From the sequence record PP781973.1: 64,000 nt of DNA. One strand, written 5' to 3'. This document shows, one piece after another, positions 35,621-44,841 of this stretch; the stretch's first letter is position 1; each line of letters opens with the position of its first letter. The DNA comes from Pseudomonas phage vB_PaeM_RyC23_M4LORT. The position numbers were made by a program, and so were the translations under genes. The notes beneath the pieces were generated by a model that saw only the letters and a program-made list of their open reading frames with translations, was not told where the DNA came from and did not search any database.

Positions 35621-36208
35621 TTACGGGATGGAGGGGATTTGAAACTCTGCGCCGCCGAGAACATCAATGACGACTTCCCAGAGCGTCGGAACAGACCACT
35701 GGTAACGGTCGAAGTCGGTTTCAGGATCGACGCCCAGCGTCACATAGGAAGTGGCAGGCCATTTATGAACACTGCCTTTCCGCATGAGAGTCGCCACGCG
35801 GCCGTCACCGAGCGGATTCGTCCTGTGCGGAACGTACGCAGACATCGAATATTGCTGCCCGGCGTCGATAACAAATCTTTGCCTCTGGCGCAGACATACA
35901 GAGCCCACAGGATTCCAGCCGCGACCGCCGCAAGCCTGGCGAGCCGAAGAATGCTCATAACCTTCGTGAGTCATTTCGCCGAGGCAAGCCGAGCGATCCT
36001 CGTAATAGTTGATGTTCTCCATCGATCCAACCAGCACCAGAGACTCGAAATCGAATCGATGATCGTGGATGGCCGAGTGATTGAAGCAAAGCCGACGCGG
36101 CAGCTCCGGGTGCCAAACATGGAGGCGACCGGCCGGAAGTTGGACCTGAATGAACCCCAGGCCGTGCAGAGTGATCTTGTCCTTCATCGGGTCATGGACG
36201 GTGCTCAT
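35621..36208 (-). CDS. hypothetical protein (His-rich; possible cupin/metal-binding fold, speculative)
   Basis: 195 aa; HVWHPE...IHDHRFDFE His/Asp cluster; no confident family assignment. Confidence 0.5.
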   Translation of the reverse strand: MSTVHDPMKDKITLHGLGFIQVQLPAGRLHVWHPELPRRLCFNHSAIHDHRFDFESLVLVGSMENINYYEDRSACLGEMTHEGYEHSSARQACGGRGWNPVGSVCLRQRQRFVIDAGQQYSMSAYVPHRTNPLGDGRVATLMRKGSVHKWPATSYVTLGVDPETDFDRYQWSVPTLWEVVIDVLGGAEFQIPSIP

Positions 36209-36309
36209 GGATAATCCTCAGTAGCAGAAATGTATTGTGAGAGTTACGATTGATAAGCCGGTCGCCCATAGAAGGGCGAACCAGGCCATGGCTTTGATGG
36301 TCGTGTAGA

Positions 36310-37242
36310 TCATCCGAAGAATTTTCCGGCACAGATCGGGCCAATGCCCATTTCGATGGATGCGTGGTTGGTCAACTCGCGACCGCAGCAGGAGCACTGA
36401 CCAGTCTTCCGACCGTAGGCGACTGCCGATTCCATCGGCTTTTCGAACATCTTCAGAACGTCGTCGTGCTCAGTATCGGTGCAGTCGCGACTCTTGATGA
36501 ATTTGCCATTGGTGATCCGGCCGAGGTAGATGTCGCCCAGGACGTACAGGCTACCGGCGTTCCGGCTGTGAGCGCTAGCCTCTTTCACAACAACGATGAG
36601 CGGCTCCTCGCCTTCGCCAGCTAGGCGGATTTTCGGGCGCTTGATACCAGACTCTTTCGCCTTCTCAAACGCTTTCTCGATGCAGGAAATGTCCAGAGTC
36701 GGCGCAGCAGCTTCCTGCGCGGCCACTTTCTCGCGATACTTGGCGAGGTTTTCGATGGCGCGCTTCGCAGCAGCGATCTGATTTTCCGTCAAGGAGCCGT
36801 ATTTATACAACGACTCCTGAAGGCTCTGAGCGAAGCTGAAGGAATTTCCAGTCCACCACTCGATGATATCCGGGTGCGCGGCTTCGAAAGCCTTAATTTT
36901 GAGGTCGCGTTCTTGCGCAGCGCTACAGATTTTCTCGGCGCGCTTTTCTGCCGCCTTGGCACGGCTCTTGGCGCGCTGCTCCGGGCTGGTTTTGTACTCT
37001 TTGTATCCGACACCGCCGCAGGCAAAGCAGGCGCGACCATAAGATGAAGGGCCACGGTACAGGCCGGTGCCTGCGCATTTGGTGCACTTGTCGCGATACA
37101 GCTTCACTTCCTTCCGGGAGTTCGGGCGGGCGCCCATGGACACATCTTCCAGCGTCTTCGGAGCTTCGTCAGTGATCGCTACGGTAGCGAAGTCATCGCC
37201 CAGGTCTTCGAAGCCGGTGAACAGATTCTCTGCTGCGTTCAT
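36310..37242 (-). CDS. zinc-finger protein with DnaJ-type CxxCxGxG repeats
   Basis: 310 aa; CTKCAGTG...CFACGGVGY (two CxxCxGxG units) and a C-terminal CSCCGRE...GPICAGKF cysteine cluster. Confidence 0.6.
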   Translation of the reverse strand: MNAAENLFTGFEDLGDDFATVAITDEAPKTLEDVSMGARPNSRKEVKLYRDKCTKCAGTGLYRGPSSYGRACFACGGVGYKEYKTSPEQRAKSRAKAAEKRAEKICSAAQERDLKIKAFEAAHPDIIEWWTGNSFSFAQSLQESLYKYGSLTENQIAAAKRAIENLAKYREKVAAQEAAAPTLDISCIEKAFEKAKESGIKRPKIRLAGEGEEPLIVVVKEASAHSRNAGSLYVLGDIYLGRITNGKFIKSRDCTDTEHDDVLKMFEKPMESAVAYGRKTGQCSCCGRELTNHASIEMGIGPICAGKFFG

Positions 37243-37274
37243 GTCGATTCTCCTGTTTGGAAAGTTCGTTTCGA

Positions 37275-37296
37275 TGAGTTGACTATACGCCAGAAA
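37275..37296 (-). promoter_or_regulatory. putative promoter for the 36310-37242 gene
   Basis: minus-strand -10 TATAGT (37282-37287); -35 poorly defined (TTTTCC). Confidence 0.3.
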
Positions 37297-37330
37297 TGGA
37301 AAAACGGTAGCGTTTTCTCACTACCGTTCG
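37297..37330 (-). terminator. rho-independent terminator downstream of the 37346-37699 gene
   Basis: minus-strand ACGGTAGtgagaaaacgCTACCGT followed by TTTTTCC. Confidence 0.55.
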
Positions 37331-37345
37331 TCGGGTCGAAGACAA

Positions 37346-37699
37346 TCAATAAATGTCGCTATTGATCTTGAACCCATGCTCAGCGCCGTCGTTGTAGTCG
37401 TACTCAACATAACTGTCGCAGTAGTCGTTCAAATGCTGAATGATGCCTAGAACGTCGTTCGCGGCCTTGTGCCTTTTCGCGGCGATGGTCTTGGCGATGC
37501 TGTCGCCGACTTCCAGGGCTTCGGCCGTCCGGCGATGGATCAGCAGGCGACTCCAAAGATAGAGCCGGACGCGACGAATGATGTCGCGATGGCGCTCCAG
37601 TCGTCCGTGCAACTCTTCAATTTCGTGCTCGCGAGATTTTAATACTCGTCGAAGCTGTTGAACTTCCAACTCCAAATCGGCCTTAGTAGCCATGTTCAC
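37346..37699 (-). CDS. hypothetical coiled-coil protein
   Basis: 117 aa; EELHGRLERHRD heptads. Confidence 0.5.
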   Translation of the reverse strand: MNMATKADLELEVQQLRRVLKSREHEIEELHGRLERHRDIIRRVRLYLWSRLLIHRRTAEALEVGDSIAKTIAAKRHKAANDVLGIIQHLNDYCDSYVEYDYNDGAEHGFKINSDIY

Positions 37700-37700
37700 C

Positions 37701-37958
37701 TCAGAAAGGAAAATCGTCTGAGACTCCAGGAAGCTCGACGATTATTGTTGAGCCTGATCGGTCTAGAATGCATCCGACCGAGCCAGCCCTGTGTGGATAG
37801 GGTCTACACGAACTATAACAGGTGACTTCCCTGACTATTCGCCAGGTCGATCCTCCACACCATCTGCAAATTGGCGGGCGCTTCGACTTCAGTTTTCGTT
37901 CGTCCAGGACGGCGCGTCTGTCGCAGGAAAGGCAGCGTGCCTTAACCGACGTAACCAT
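37701..37958 (-). CDS. small zinc-ribbon protein
   Basis: 85 aa; CLSCD...CRWCGG four-Cys motif. Confidence 0.45.
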   Translation of the reverse strand: MVTSVKARCLSCDRRAVLDERKLKSKRPPICRWCGGSTWRIVREVTCYSSCRPYPHRAGSVGCILDRSGSTIIVELPGVSDDFPF

Positions 37959-38253
37959 TGGTATAGTCGATCATTCGGATGAGCTCATCATCCTCTGATT
38001 CTCTCGACTTCAGACCGCCCAAAGAGTCCGACTGGCCGTCGCATTTCGCATCGATATCCATCGAAGACAGGAATCCTGCCGATACTGCGGTGATATCAAC
38101 TTTGTCGCCGGCCTTCTTGAAGCCTTCGCACTCAGCATCGAGGGCCACAATTGCACTCGCGGCCATGTTCACATGACTGATGAGGTCGGGGAAGATCACA
38201 GGAACTTCACGCGACATGCCACGGACCGTCAGCTTCAGGACTACATACTTCAT
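37942..38253 (-). CDS. hypothetical protein
   Basis: 103 aa from MKYVVLKLTVRG (SD AAAAGGGA); the longer N-terminal extension lacks an RBS. Confidence 0.4.
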   Translation of the reverse strand: MKYVVLKLTVRGMSREVPVIFPDLISHVNMAASAIVALDAECEGFKKAGDKVDITAVSAGFLSSMDIDAKCDGQSDSLGGLKSRESEDDELIRMIDYTNGYVG

Positions 38254-38258
38254 ACTCA

Positions 38259-38462
38259 CTATCCCTTTTGTATGTGAGGAAAGAACTTGCTGTTTTCCGG
38301 ATGGTGAAAACGCTCGGTCGCAGGCGGTCTTTCTTCCGGACATTGAATCGTCGAAGGCGGGAAAACCGCGCCGGCGATAATCGCCGCGAGGAGTGCAGCG
38401 GATGTCGACATCCAGAGGGCGGTTTCCAGGCTCACCCGAACTTCCGGACGGCGCGGCTTCAT
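38259..38462 (-). CDS. small membrane protein (1 TM)
   Basis: ~67 aa; SAALLAAIIAGAVF hydrophobic helix; start ambiguous (ATG 38462 or GTG 38471). Confidence 0.3.
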   Translation of the reverse strand: MKPRRPEVRVSLETALWMSTSAALLAAIIAGAVFPPSTIQCPEERPPATERFHHPENSKFFPHIQKG

Positions 38463-38782
38463 TCGCTCCACCCTCTTCCTGGCTCATAGGATGGCAGACC
38501 GCCGCCGCGAATCCAATTGTCCCACATACGGTTCAGACCAGTCGGCGGCTGGGGCGGCGGACTGTAGAATCCGGGAGTCTCAGTGCTGCTCAGGAAATAA
38601 GGCGTGCAAACGGCCTGGACGACCAATTGGTGCCGCTCCCACATCTTATCAATCGCTCTTAGCATGACGTCTTCGCACTGAGCCTTACTGTCGAACCGTC
38701 TGCTAGTATGGTCCGGCATCTGGACGCAGCCGTCTCCAGTGCAAAGGAAAGCAGTAGCAATCCATACGGTGATACTCGCCAT
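38459..38782 (-). CDS. secreted/lipoprotein-like protein (signal peptide)
   Basis: 107 aa from MASITVWIATAFLCTGDGC (signal-peptide-like, Cys after the hydrophobic core); SD AAGAGGG; Pro/Gly-rich C-terminus. Confidence 0.45.
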   Translation of the reverse strand: MASITVWIATAFLCTGDGCVQMPDHTSRRFDSKAQCEDVMLRAIDKMWERHQLVVQAVCTPYFLSSTETPGFYSPPPQPPTGLNRMWDNWIRGGGLPSYEPGRGWSE

Positions 38783-38813
38783 TTCGTCACCCTCTTTAGT
38801 TGATGAGCAGAGT

Positions 38814-39215
38814 CTATTCCATCTGCTCGCCAGGAGTAAAGCGCTTTTCGTCGGGATAAATGCCGATGATGTCTGCGTCGAGCATCCAAATCTCCACGGA
38901 CGGATCGTCGCTGCTGATTTGGTACAGGTTGTACAGCTCCCGTCCGCCGACAGCGCGCTCGCCTCGCGGCTCAACCGCCAGAACCTTGCCGTGCCCTTCT
39001 CCGTGCTCGTCCAGGTATATGACGTGATCGCCGACTTCATAGCTTTCTTTCGTGACGAGGCGTGAACGCGAGCTGTTCTGCGATTCCACTACCCAGGAAT
39101 CCAGCATGCCGCCTTTCATGTCGCGAAACAATCTTGCCGATTTGTCGCAATCGAATACGCCCAGAACTTCGCCGTCTTTCAACACGATATGTACGATTGG
39201 CAAAAGAGTATTCAT
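38814..39215 (-). CDS. hypothetical protein
   Basis: 133 aa; first gene of the minus-strand operon facing the portal. Confidence 0.5.
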   Translation of the reverse strand: MNTLLPIVHIVLKDGEVLGVFDCDKSARLFRDMKGGMLDSWVVESQNSSRSRLVTKESYEVGDHVIYLDEHGEGHGKVLAVEPRGERAVGGRELYNLYQISSDDPSVEIWMLDADIIGIYPDEKRFTPGEQME

Positions 39216-39395
39216 GTTTAATCTCCATTGGTTGATAATTAGAGTCTAATCTGCCGAAAAGTTCCCGTAAAGAATTATTTTCTCATAACTGATTAGTTGC
39301 AACTGTTAATCTGATGTATATGTTTGAATCTCTTTTGAACGTTTGATGTTTCCCCTATAATAAGCGCACACAGCCAACAACCACGTGGAACTACA

Positions 39396-41693
39396 ATGTT
39401 TAAACTTTCCTGGATATTCGGGCGCAAAAAGGATAATGCTGCCTGTTCTGAATCGGCGCCGGAGAAAGTCGCAAAAATCCCTCAACACGATCCGCTCGAC
39501 CCAATGATCAAGCTGGGAAGGATTCGCGGCTGGAACGTCGAGCCGGAGAAAGCCCCGGTAATTCGTAGCGTGAAAGATTTCCTGGAGCCGGGCCTATCTG
39601 TAGCAATGGATAGTGCGTATGGTGATGGACCAACTCCGGCCGCGAAGGCTGCTGCGGGCGGCCAGAATCCCTATGTCGTCCCGACTATGTTGCAGGACTG
39701 GTACAATTCCCAAGGGTTCATCGGATACCAAGCTTGCGCAATCATTTCCCAACACTGGTTGGTGGACAAAGCTTGTTCCATGTCTGGGGAAGACGCAGCA
39801 CGGAACGGATGGGAACTCAAATCGGACGGCAGGAAGCTATCCGATGAACAAAGCGCGCTGATCGCCCGGCGCGACATGGAGTTTCGCGTCAAAGACAACC
39901 TTGTCGAACTCAACAGATTCAAGAACGTTTTCGGCGTTCGTATCGCGCTGTTCGTTGTGGAGTCTGACGATCCGGACTACTACGAAAAGCCGTTCAATCC
40001 GGATGGAATCACGCCCGGCTCCTACAAGGGAATCTCCCAGATCGATCCATACTGGGCAATGCCGCAGCTCACTGCTGGCTCGACGGCAGATCCGTCTTCC
40101 GAACATTTCTATGAGCCGGATTTCTGGATTATCAGCGGTAAAAAATATCACCGCAGCCACCTAGTGGTGGTTCGTGGACCGCAGCCGCCAGATATCCTGA
40201 AGCCTACATACATCTTCGGCGGTATCCCGCTCACCCAGAGAATCTATGAGCGCGTGTATGCAGCGGAACGGACGGCGAACGAAGCCCCGCTGCTTGCCAT
40301 GTCGAAGCGAACCAGCACCATCCACGTTGACGTGGAGAAGGCCATCGCGAACGAAGAGGCCTTCAACGCTCGCCTGGCGTTCTGGATCGCCAACCGTGAT
40401 AACCACGGCGTGAAAGTTCTGGGAATTGACGAAGACATGGAGCAGTTCGACACGAACCTGGCCGACTTCGACAGCATCATCATGAACCAATATCAGCTGG
40501 TCGCGGCCATCGCCAAGACTCCAGCCACGAAGCTCCTCGGCACTTCTCCAAAAGGATTCAATGCCACTGGTGAGCACGAAACGATTTCTTATCACGAAGA
40601 ACTGGAGTCCATTCAAGAGCACATATTCGACCCACTTCTTGAACGCCACTATTTGCTTCTGGCGAAGTCGGAAGAAATTGATGTGCAGCTGGAAATCGTC
40701 TGGAATCCTGTGGACTCCACGTCCAGCCAGCAACAAGCCGAATTGAACAATAAGAAAGCCGCGACCGATGAAATCTACATCAACTCTGGCGTTGTGTCTC
40801 CGGATGAAGTTCGCGAGCGTCTGCGTGACGATCCGCGTTCCGGCTACAACCGACTCACCGACGATCAGGCGGAAACCGAACCGGGCATGTCTCCGGAAAA
40901 CCTGGCCGAATTCGAGAAGGCCGGTGCACAGTCGGCCAAGGCGAAAGGCGAAGCCGAGCGAGCCGAAGCCCAGGCGGGCGCCGTAGAGGGCGCAGGCGGC
41001 CCGGTTCCCGCCGCTCCACGCGGGACTAAGCCTCTCGCGAAAGCGGCCGAGGAAGGGGCCAGCGAGGCCGCTGAACCGCCGTCGAGGCCGGACCCCAAGG
41101 CCGAGCTGCGGAACTTGTTGGTCGATCTTTTGTCGAAGCTCCAAGACCTGGACGACATTAAGGCGCCGGACGGCGTAGACATAGAGCACAATGATGCGCC
41201 TGGCTTAAAGCGCACATCCAAACCTGGCGTGTCTGGTATGGAGCCTTCGGTGTTTTCGTCCAACCGCATCGTCGGGCCTCGTGATCATTCGGAACTCCAG
41301 AGAATCAAGGTGAATGGAATAACCACCTTGATCGAAAATCCGCGCGGAAGCATTCGACAAGGCAAGGATGGGAGTTGGCGAGTTCAGATGAAACACCACT
41401 ACGGGTTCATCAAGGGAACGAAAGGCGCTGATGGGGATGAAGTCGATTGCTTCGTCGGTCCGAATCTGGGATCCAAACGGGTCTTCGTCGTCAACCAAGT
41501 GAACAAGGAAGGTCAGTTTGACGAGCACAAGTGTATGCTCGGCTTCAACAACATCAACGATGCGAAGTCTGGATATCTGTCCTGCTTCCGTCCGGGCTGG
41601 GATGGTCTCGGCTCCATCCATGAAGTTGACCTGCCCGCTTTCCGTCGCTGGCTGGCGAACGGCGACACCACCAAACCGTTCGGGGGCGAGTGA
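39396..41693 (+). CDS. portal protein with C-terminal inorganic pyrophosphatase-like domain
   Basis: 765 aa; portal core in residues ~90-480; Ala/Glu-rich linker; C-terminal ~140 aa align to family I PPase (IENPRGS ~ IEIPANA; HYGFIKGT ~ NYGYINHT; DGDEVDCFV ~ DGDPVDVLV; EVDLPAFRRWL ~ VNDLPELLKAQI); followed by the MuF gene as expected for portals. Confidence 0.75.
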   Translation: MFKLSWIFGRKKDNAACSESAPEKVAKIPQHDPLDPMIKLGRIRGWNVEPEKAPVIRSVKDFLEPGLSVAMDSAYGDGPTPAAKAAAGGQNPYVVPTMLQDWYNSQGFIGYQACAIISQHWLVDKACSMSGEDAARNGWELKSDGRKLSDEQSALIARRDMEFRVKDNLVELNRFKNVFGVRIALFVVESDDPDYYEKPFNPDGITPGSYKGISQIDPYWAMPQLTAGSTADPSSEHFYEPDFWIISGKKYHRSHLVVVRGPQPPDILKPTYIFGGIPLTQRIYERVYAAERTANEAPLLAMSKRTSTIHVDVEKAIANEEAFNARLAFWIANRDNHGVKVLGIDEDMEQFDTNLADFDSIIMNQYQLVAAIAKTPATKLLGTSPKGFNATGEHETISYHEELESIQEHIFDPLLERHYLLLAKSEEIDVQLEIVWNPVDSTSSQQQAELNNKKAATDEIYINSGVVSPDEVRERLRDDPRSGYNRLTDDQAETEPGMSPENLAEFEKAGAQSAKAKGEAERAEAQAGAVEGAGGPVPAAPRGTKPLAKAAEEGASEAAEPPSRPDPKAELRNLLVDLLSKLQDLDDIKAPDGVDIEHNDAPGLKRTSKPGVSGMEPSVFSSNRIVGPRDHSELQRIKVNGITTLIENPRGSIRQGKDGSWRVQMKHHYGFIKGTKGADGDEVDCFVGPNLGSKRVFVVNQVNKEGQFDEHKCMLGFNNINDAKSGYLSCFRPGWDGLGSIHEVDLPAFRRWLANGDTTKPFGGE

Positions 41694-42529
41694 TGGCATT
41701 CAAGGCCTCCAAAAAGCGCGAGCGCCGGGCACCTCTTCCAGTCGGAAGAGGGAAGCCCATAATTCCATCGGCAGGAATCGAGGCCTGGTATCGAAAGCAG
41801 ATGAAGGATATGTCCAAGCTCATGATCTCCGACTATCGAAACGAGATTGAGAAGGCGCTGTCCCAGCCTGCGGCCGAACGTTTCTTCGCCAGAGACGAAT
41901 CCGTTAACGTCCTGTTCAAGATGACCCTTCGAAGCCTACAGCAGCGATGGAGCCGCATTTTTGAAGGTTTCGCGGCCAAGATCGCCCCGGAGTTCGTCAA
42001 CCGGACCGAAGAAGCCGCTACCGCCGCGACCCTTCACAGCTTGTCGGTGGCCGGCGTCGATCAGCCACGAGCTGCGTATAATGAGAGCGTCAGGAACACC
42101 CTGGAGGCCGCAACCACTTACAATCATACTCTCATCACCAAGATCCAAGAGGAAGTCCACGAGAAGATTTACACATCAGTAATGCTGTCTCTGACTTCCC
42201 CGAATCCGGAAGAGCAAGGAACTTCCGGCATAACTAACGCACTTCGCAAAGTCGGGAAGTTTTCTGAAGATCGAATCGAACTCATCGCAAGAGATCAAAC
42301 AAGCAAGCTTTACAGTTCTCTGAGCGATGAGAGAATGGCGGAAAATGGAGTCGAGGAGTTCGAGTGGCTACACTCTTCTGCCGGCAAGACTCCTCGCCAC
42401 ACCCACCTGGAGAAAGATGGGAAGAGGTTCAAGCTGAATGACCCCAGACTTTGGGAGGGTCCGAAAGCAGACCAGGGGCCGCCAGGATGGGCGATTAACT
42501 GTAGATGCAGAAAGATACCAGTCATTTGA
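41693..42529 (+). CDS. head morphogenesis protein (SPP1 gp7 / Mu F-like minor head protein)
   Basis: 279 aa; C-terminal PPGWAINCRCR motif typical of the MuF/gp7 family; overlaps the portal stop (TGATG). Confidence 0.75.
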   Translation: MAFKASKKRERRAPLPVGRGKPIIPSAGIEAWYRKQMKDMSKLMISDYRNEIEKALSQPAAERFFARDESVNVLFKMTLRSLQQRWSRIFEGFAAKIAPEFVNRTEEAATAATLHSLSVAGVDQPRAAYNESVRNTLEAATTYNHTLITKIQEEVHEKIYTSVMLSLTSPNPEEQGTSGITNALRKVGKFSEDRIELIARDQTSKLYSSLSDERMAENGVEEFEWLHSSAGKTPRHTHLEKDGKRFKLNDPRLWEGPKADQGPPGWAINCRCRKIPVI

Positions 42530-42547
42530 CATCGATAGGAGCGCTAT

Positions 42548-42754
42548 ATGCCGTTAGTTCATGGCACTTCCAATGAGGCTCGTTCTGAAAACATCAAGCG
42601 GGAAATCGAAGCCGGTAAAGACCCAAAGCAGGCTGCGGCCATCGCTTATTCCATCCAGCGCAGTGAGGAAGGGAAGACGGCGAAAGATTGTTCGCCTGAG
42701 CTCGTCGCCGATCTTCGCGCCCTGGTGGACGCTCTGTCGAGGCTCGTGAAATGA
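42548..42754 (+). CDS. hypothetical protein
   Basis: 68 aa; SD AGGAG upstream. Confidence 0.5.
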   Translation: MPLVHGTSNEARSENIKREIEAGKDPKQAAAIAYSIQRSEEGKTAKDCSPELVADLRALVDALSRLVK

Positions 42755-42890
42755 ACCGCAAGACGTGCCGGCGCCGACTCGTGGTCGATGTAATCAGGGC
42801 CAATATTCACGGCGGATTCTTCAGCCTGAAGTTTGCCGCCATCGATTTGGCAATCATCGGCGTCGCCATCTTGATGGCTTTTGGCCGATA
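42751..42890 (+). CDS. small membrane protein
   Basis: 46 aa ([46 protein letters not shown]), ATGA-coupled; under the ORF-track cutoff. Confidence 0.3.
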
Positions 42891-43162
42891 ATGCTGAGAA
42901 AAATCTGGATTCTGACTAAAAATTCTAGTCCGGATAGCCGCAAGTTACCGTTTACGGAAAATAGCAGTAATTTGGAAATCCTACTGCCGCGAGGCTTTAA
43001 CAGAGCCAGTTCCTAATTTCCGATTTAGCCGCATGCTTCAAAAGTATATAGCCTGGGAAATTAGAAGTAACGTTCCAATAGAATTCATCTATAAGTAACG
43101 TTATAATATAACGTCAATCTATATGCTCTAGACGTATTGAAATTCAATTTTTAATCGGTAAA

Positions 43163-43240
43163 TTGGTAATTTGAATTAGTTTAGGAGTTGAAAGCCTCGC
43201 GGCAGTAGGCTTAGACAAATCCCGTCAAGTTTCCGAGACC
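43163..43240 (+). repeat. conserved ~75-nt element, copy B
   Basis: GGTAATTTGaattagtttaggagTTGAAAGCCTCGCGGCAGTAGGCTTagACAaATCCCGTCAAGTTTCCGAgaCC; the 19-nt core AAAGCCTCGCGGCAGTAGG recurs as an exact inverted copy at 42979-42997. Confidence 0.7.
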
Positions 43241-43404
43241 AAATTACCGGATTTTCGCGGCTGAGGAAACTGGTAATTAGATCACAATACAAATTATAAT
43301 GTAAGTTAACAGTCACGGCTACATCTAATTATTGTTCCGCTTATTTACCCTTAGATGTACTGCGTATATAATACAGCCATAGTCCACGACTCTTCGAATT
43401 AACG

Positions 43405-44838
43405 ATGGCAAAGTCGAAAAGAAAAATTGACGAAAATGGATATATGACCATAGAGGGCTGCCCGATCAGCTCTTATGGCGTTTTCCAATATTCTGCTGGT
43501 CAACTCGGTCTTCCGGGCGATCCGACGCGGATTGTCAACGTATATCGCCCGGAGTCTGCCGTCAGCGATCCGGAGTACATCGAATCTCTGAAGAATCTCC
43601 CGTTGATCGACGAGCATGAGATGCTGTCGGGATTCGACGATGATGACGATAGCGTGGCCCCCGAAGACAAAGGGGTGGAGGGCATCATCACATCCAACGC
43701 TTACTACGAAGCCCCATGGGCACGCGGCGATATCCGCATCTATTCCCGCAACATGCAGAATCAGCTGGAAAGGGGCAAAGAAGACCTGTCCCTAGGCTAT
43801 AGTTGCCGCTACACTGAGCAACCCGGCATCTGGAACGGGACGCCTTATGAAGTCGTCCAGGACAAGATGCGCGGCAACCACATCGCCCTGGTAAAAGAGG
43901 GTCGTGTGCCGGGGGCCAGAGTATTGGATGGTCTGTGTTTTGACCATCTCAGTTTTGATTTCAGACCATCCGATGAGGGTAATGAAATGAGTCTCAAGAA
44001 AGCCAAGCGGAAGCCCCCTGTCCAGCGCGTAGGGCAAGCTGCTGACTCGGCGGTCGAAGAGTTGCGCGCCCTGTGGCCGAAGCTATCTGCGTCTGTCCAG
44101 AAGTTCCTGGGCGAAGAAGAGCAGGAGCCGGAGCATCAGGAAGGCGCAGCTCCGGCCGAACCGACCGACAGCGAGCACCTGACCGAGCATCCGACTCTGG
44201 AAGGTGCTCAGAAGGATGACGAAGAGCAGGAAGAGGAGCCTTCCGTTGTCGATCCGGCCGTGGCCGCCGTCGAGCCGGAGCATCAAGAAGGTGCCGCATC
44301 CGAAATGTCCGGTGAAGGCGAAGTCGCCGAACTGATCTCTCAAGTCAAGGCCATTCTGGCTCGACTGGAGGGCACGGTAGCCGAAGGGGCGGACGAAGAG
44401 CATGGCGAAGGTCAAGATGTCGTCGAGGGCTTGGAAGAGCAGAGCAGCCTCAGCGGCGCGCAAACCGCCAGCGACGATGGTGGTGAGGGCAAGGATAACA
44501 GCGAGGAACTTCCTGAAATGGCACAGAAGAACGCGCAAGATGCTGCAATTCGCGGTCTCTATCGCGACATTGCTGCTAAAGATCGCCTCTACAAGCGTCT
44601 TAGCTCCGTGGTTGGTGCGTTCGATCACCGAGCTATGGACTCGGCTGAAGTCGCTGTTTACGGCGTGAAAAAGCTGAACATCAGCTGTGCGAAGGGCCAG
44701 GAAGCTCTGGCGCTCGACATGTACCTGAAAGGCGTCGAAGCCTCGCGCGGCGCGGCCAGCCGTCAATCGAAAGCCCAGGATTCGGCCGGTTCTGCTCCGC
44801 AGTGCGCCGAGCTGGACAGCTACCTGAAGGGGGAGTAA
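43405..44838 (+). CDS. putative scaffolding protein (N-terminal phage-conserved domain, acidic coiled-coil C-terminus)
   Basis: 477 aa; position between MuF and capsid genes; N-terminal ~190 aa globular (GCPISSYGVFQY...), then an E/Q/A-rich tract with repeated EPEHQEGAA. Confidence 0.5.
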   Translation: MAKSKRKIDENGYMTIEGCPISSYGVFQYSAGQLGLPGDPTRIVNVYRPESAVSDPEYIESLKNLPLIDEHEMLSGFDDDDDSVAPEDKGVEGIITSNAYYEAPWARGDIRIYSRNMQNQLERGKEDLSLGYSCRYTEQPGIWNGTPYEVVQDKMRGNHIALVKEGRVPGARVLDGLCFDHLSFDFRPSDEGNEMSLKKAKRKPPVQRVGQAADSAVEELRALWPKLSASVQKFLGEEEQEPEHQEGAAPAEPTDSEHLTEHPTLEGAQKDDEEQEEEPSVVDPAVAAVEPEHQEGAASEMSGEGEVAELISQVKAILARLEGTVAEGADEEHGEGQDVVEGLEEQSSLSGAQTASDDGGEGKDNSEELPEMAQKNAQDAAIRGLYRDIAAKDRLYKRLSSVVGAFDHRAMDSAEVAVYGVKKLNISCAKGQEALALDMYLKGVEASRGAASRQSKAQDSAGSAPQCAELDSYLKGE

Positions 44839-44841
44839 CTC

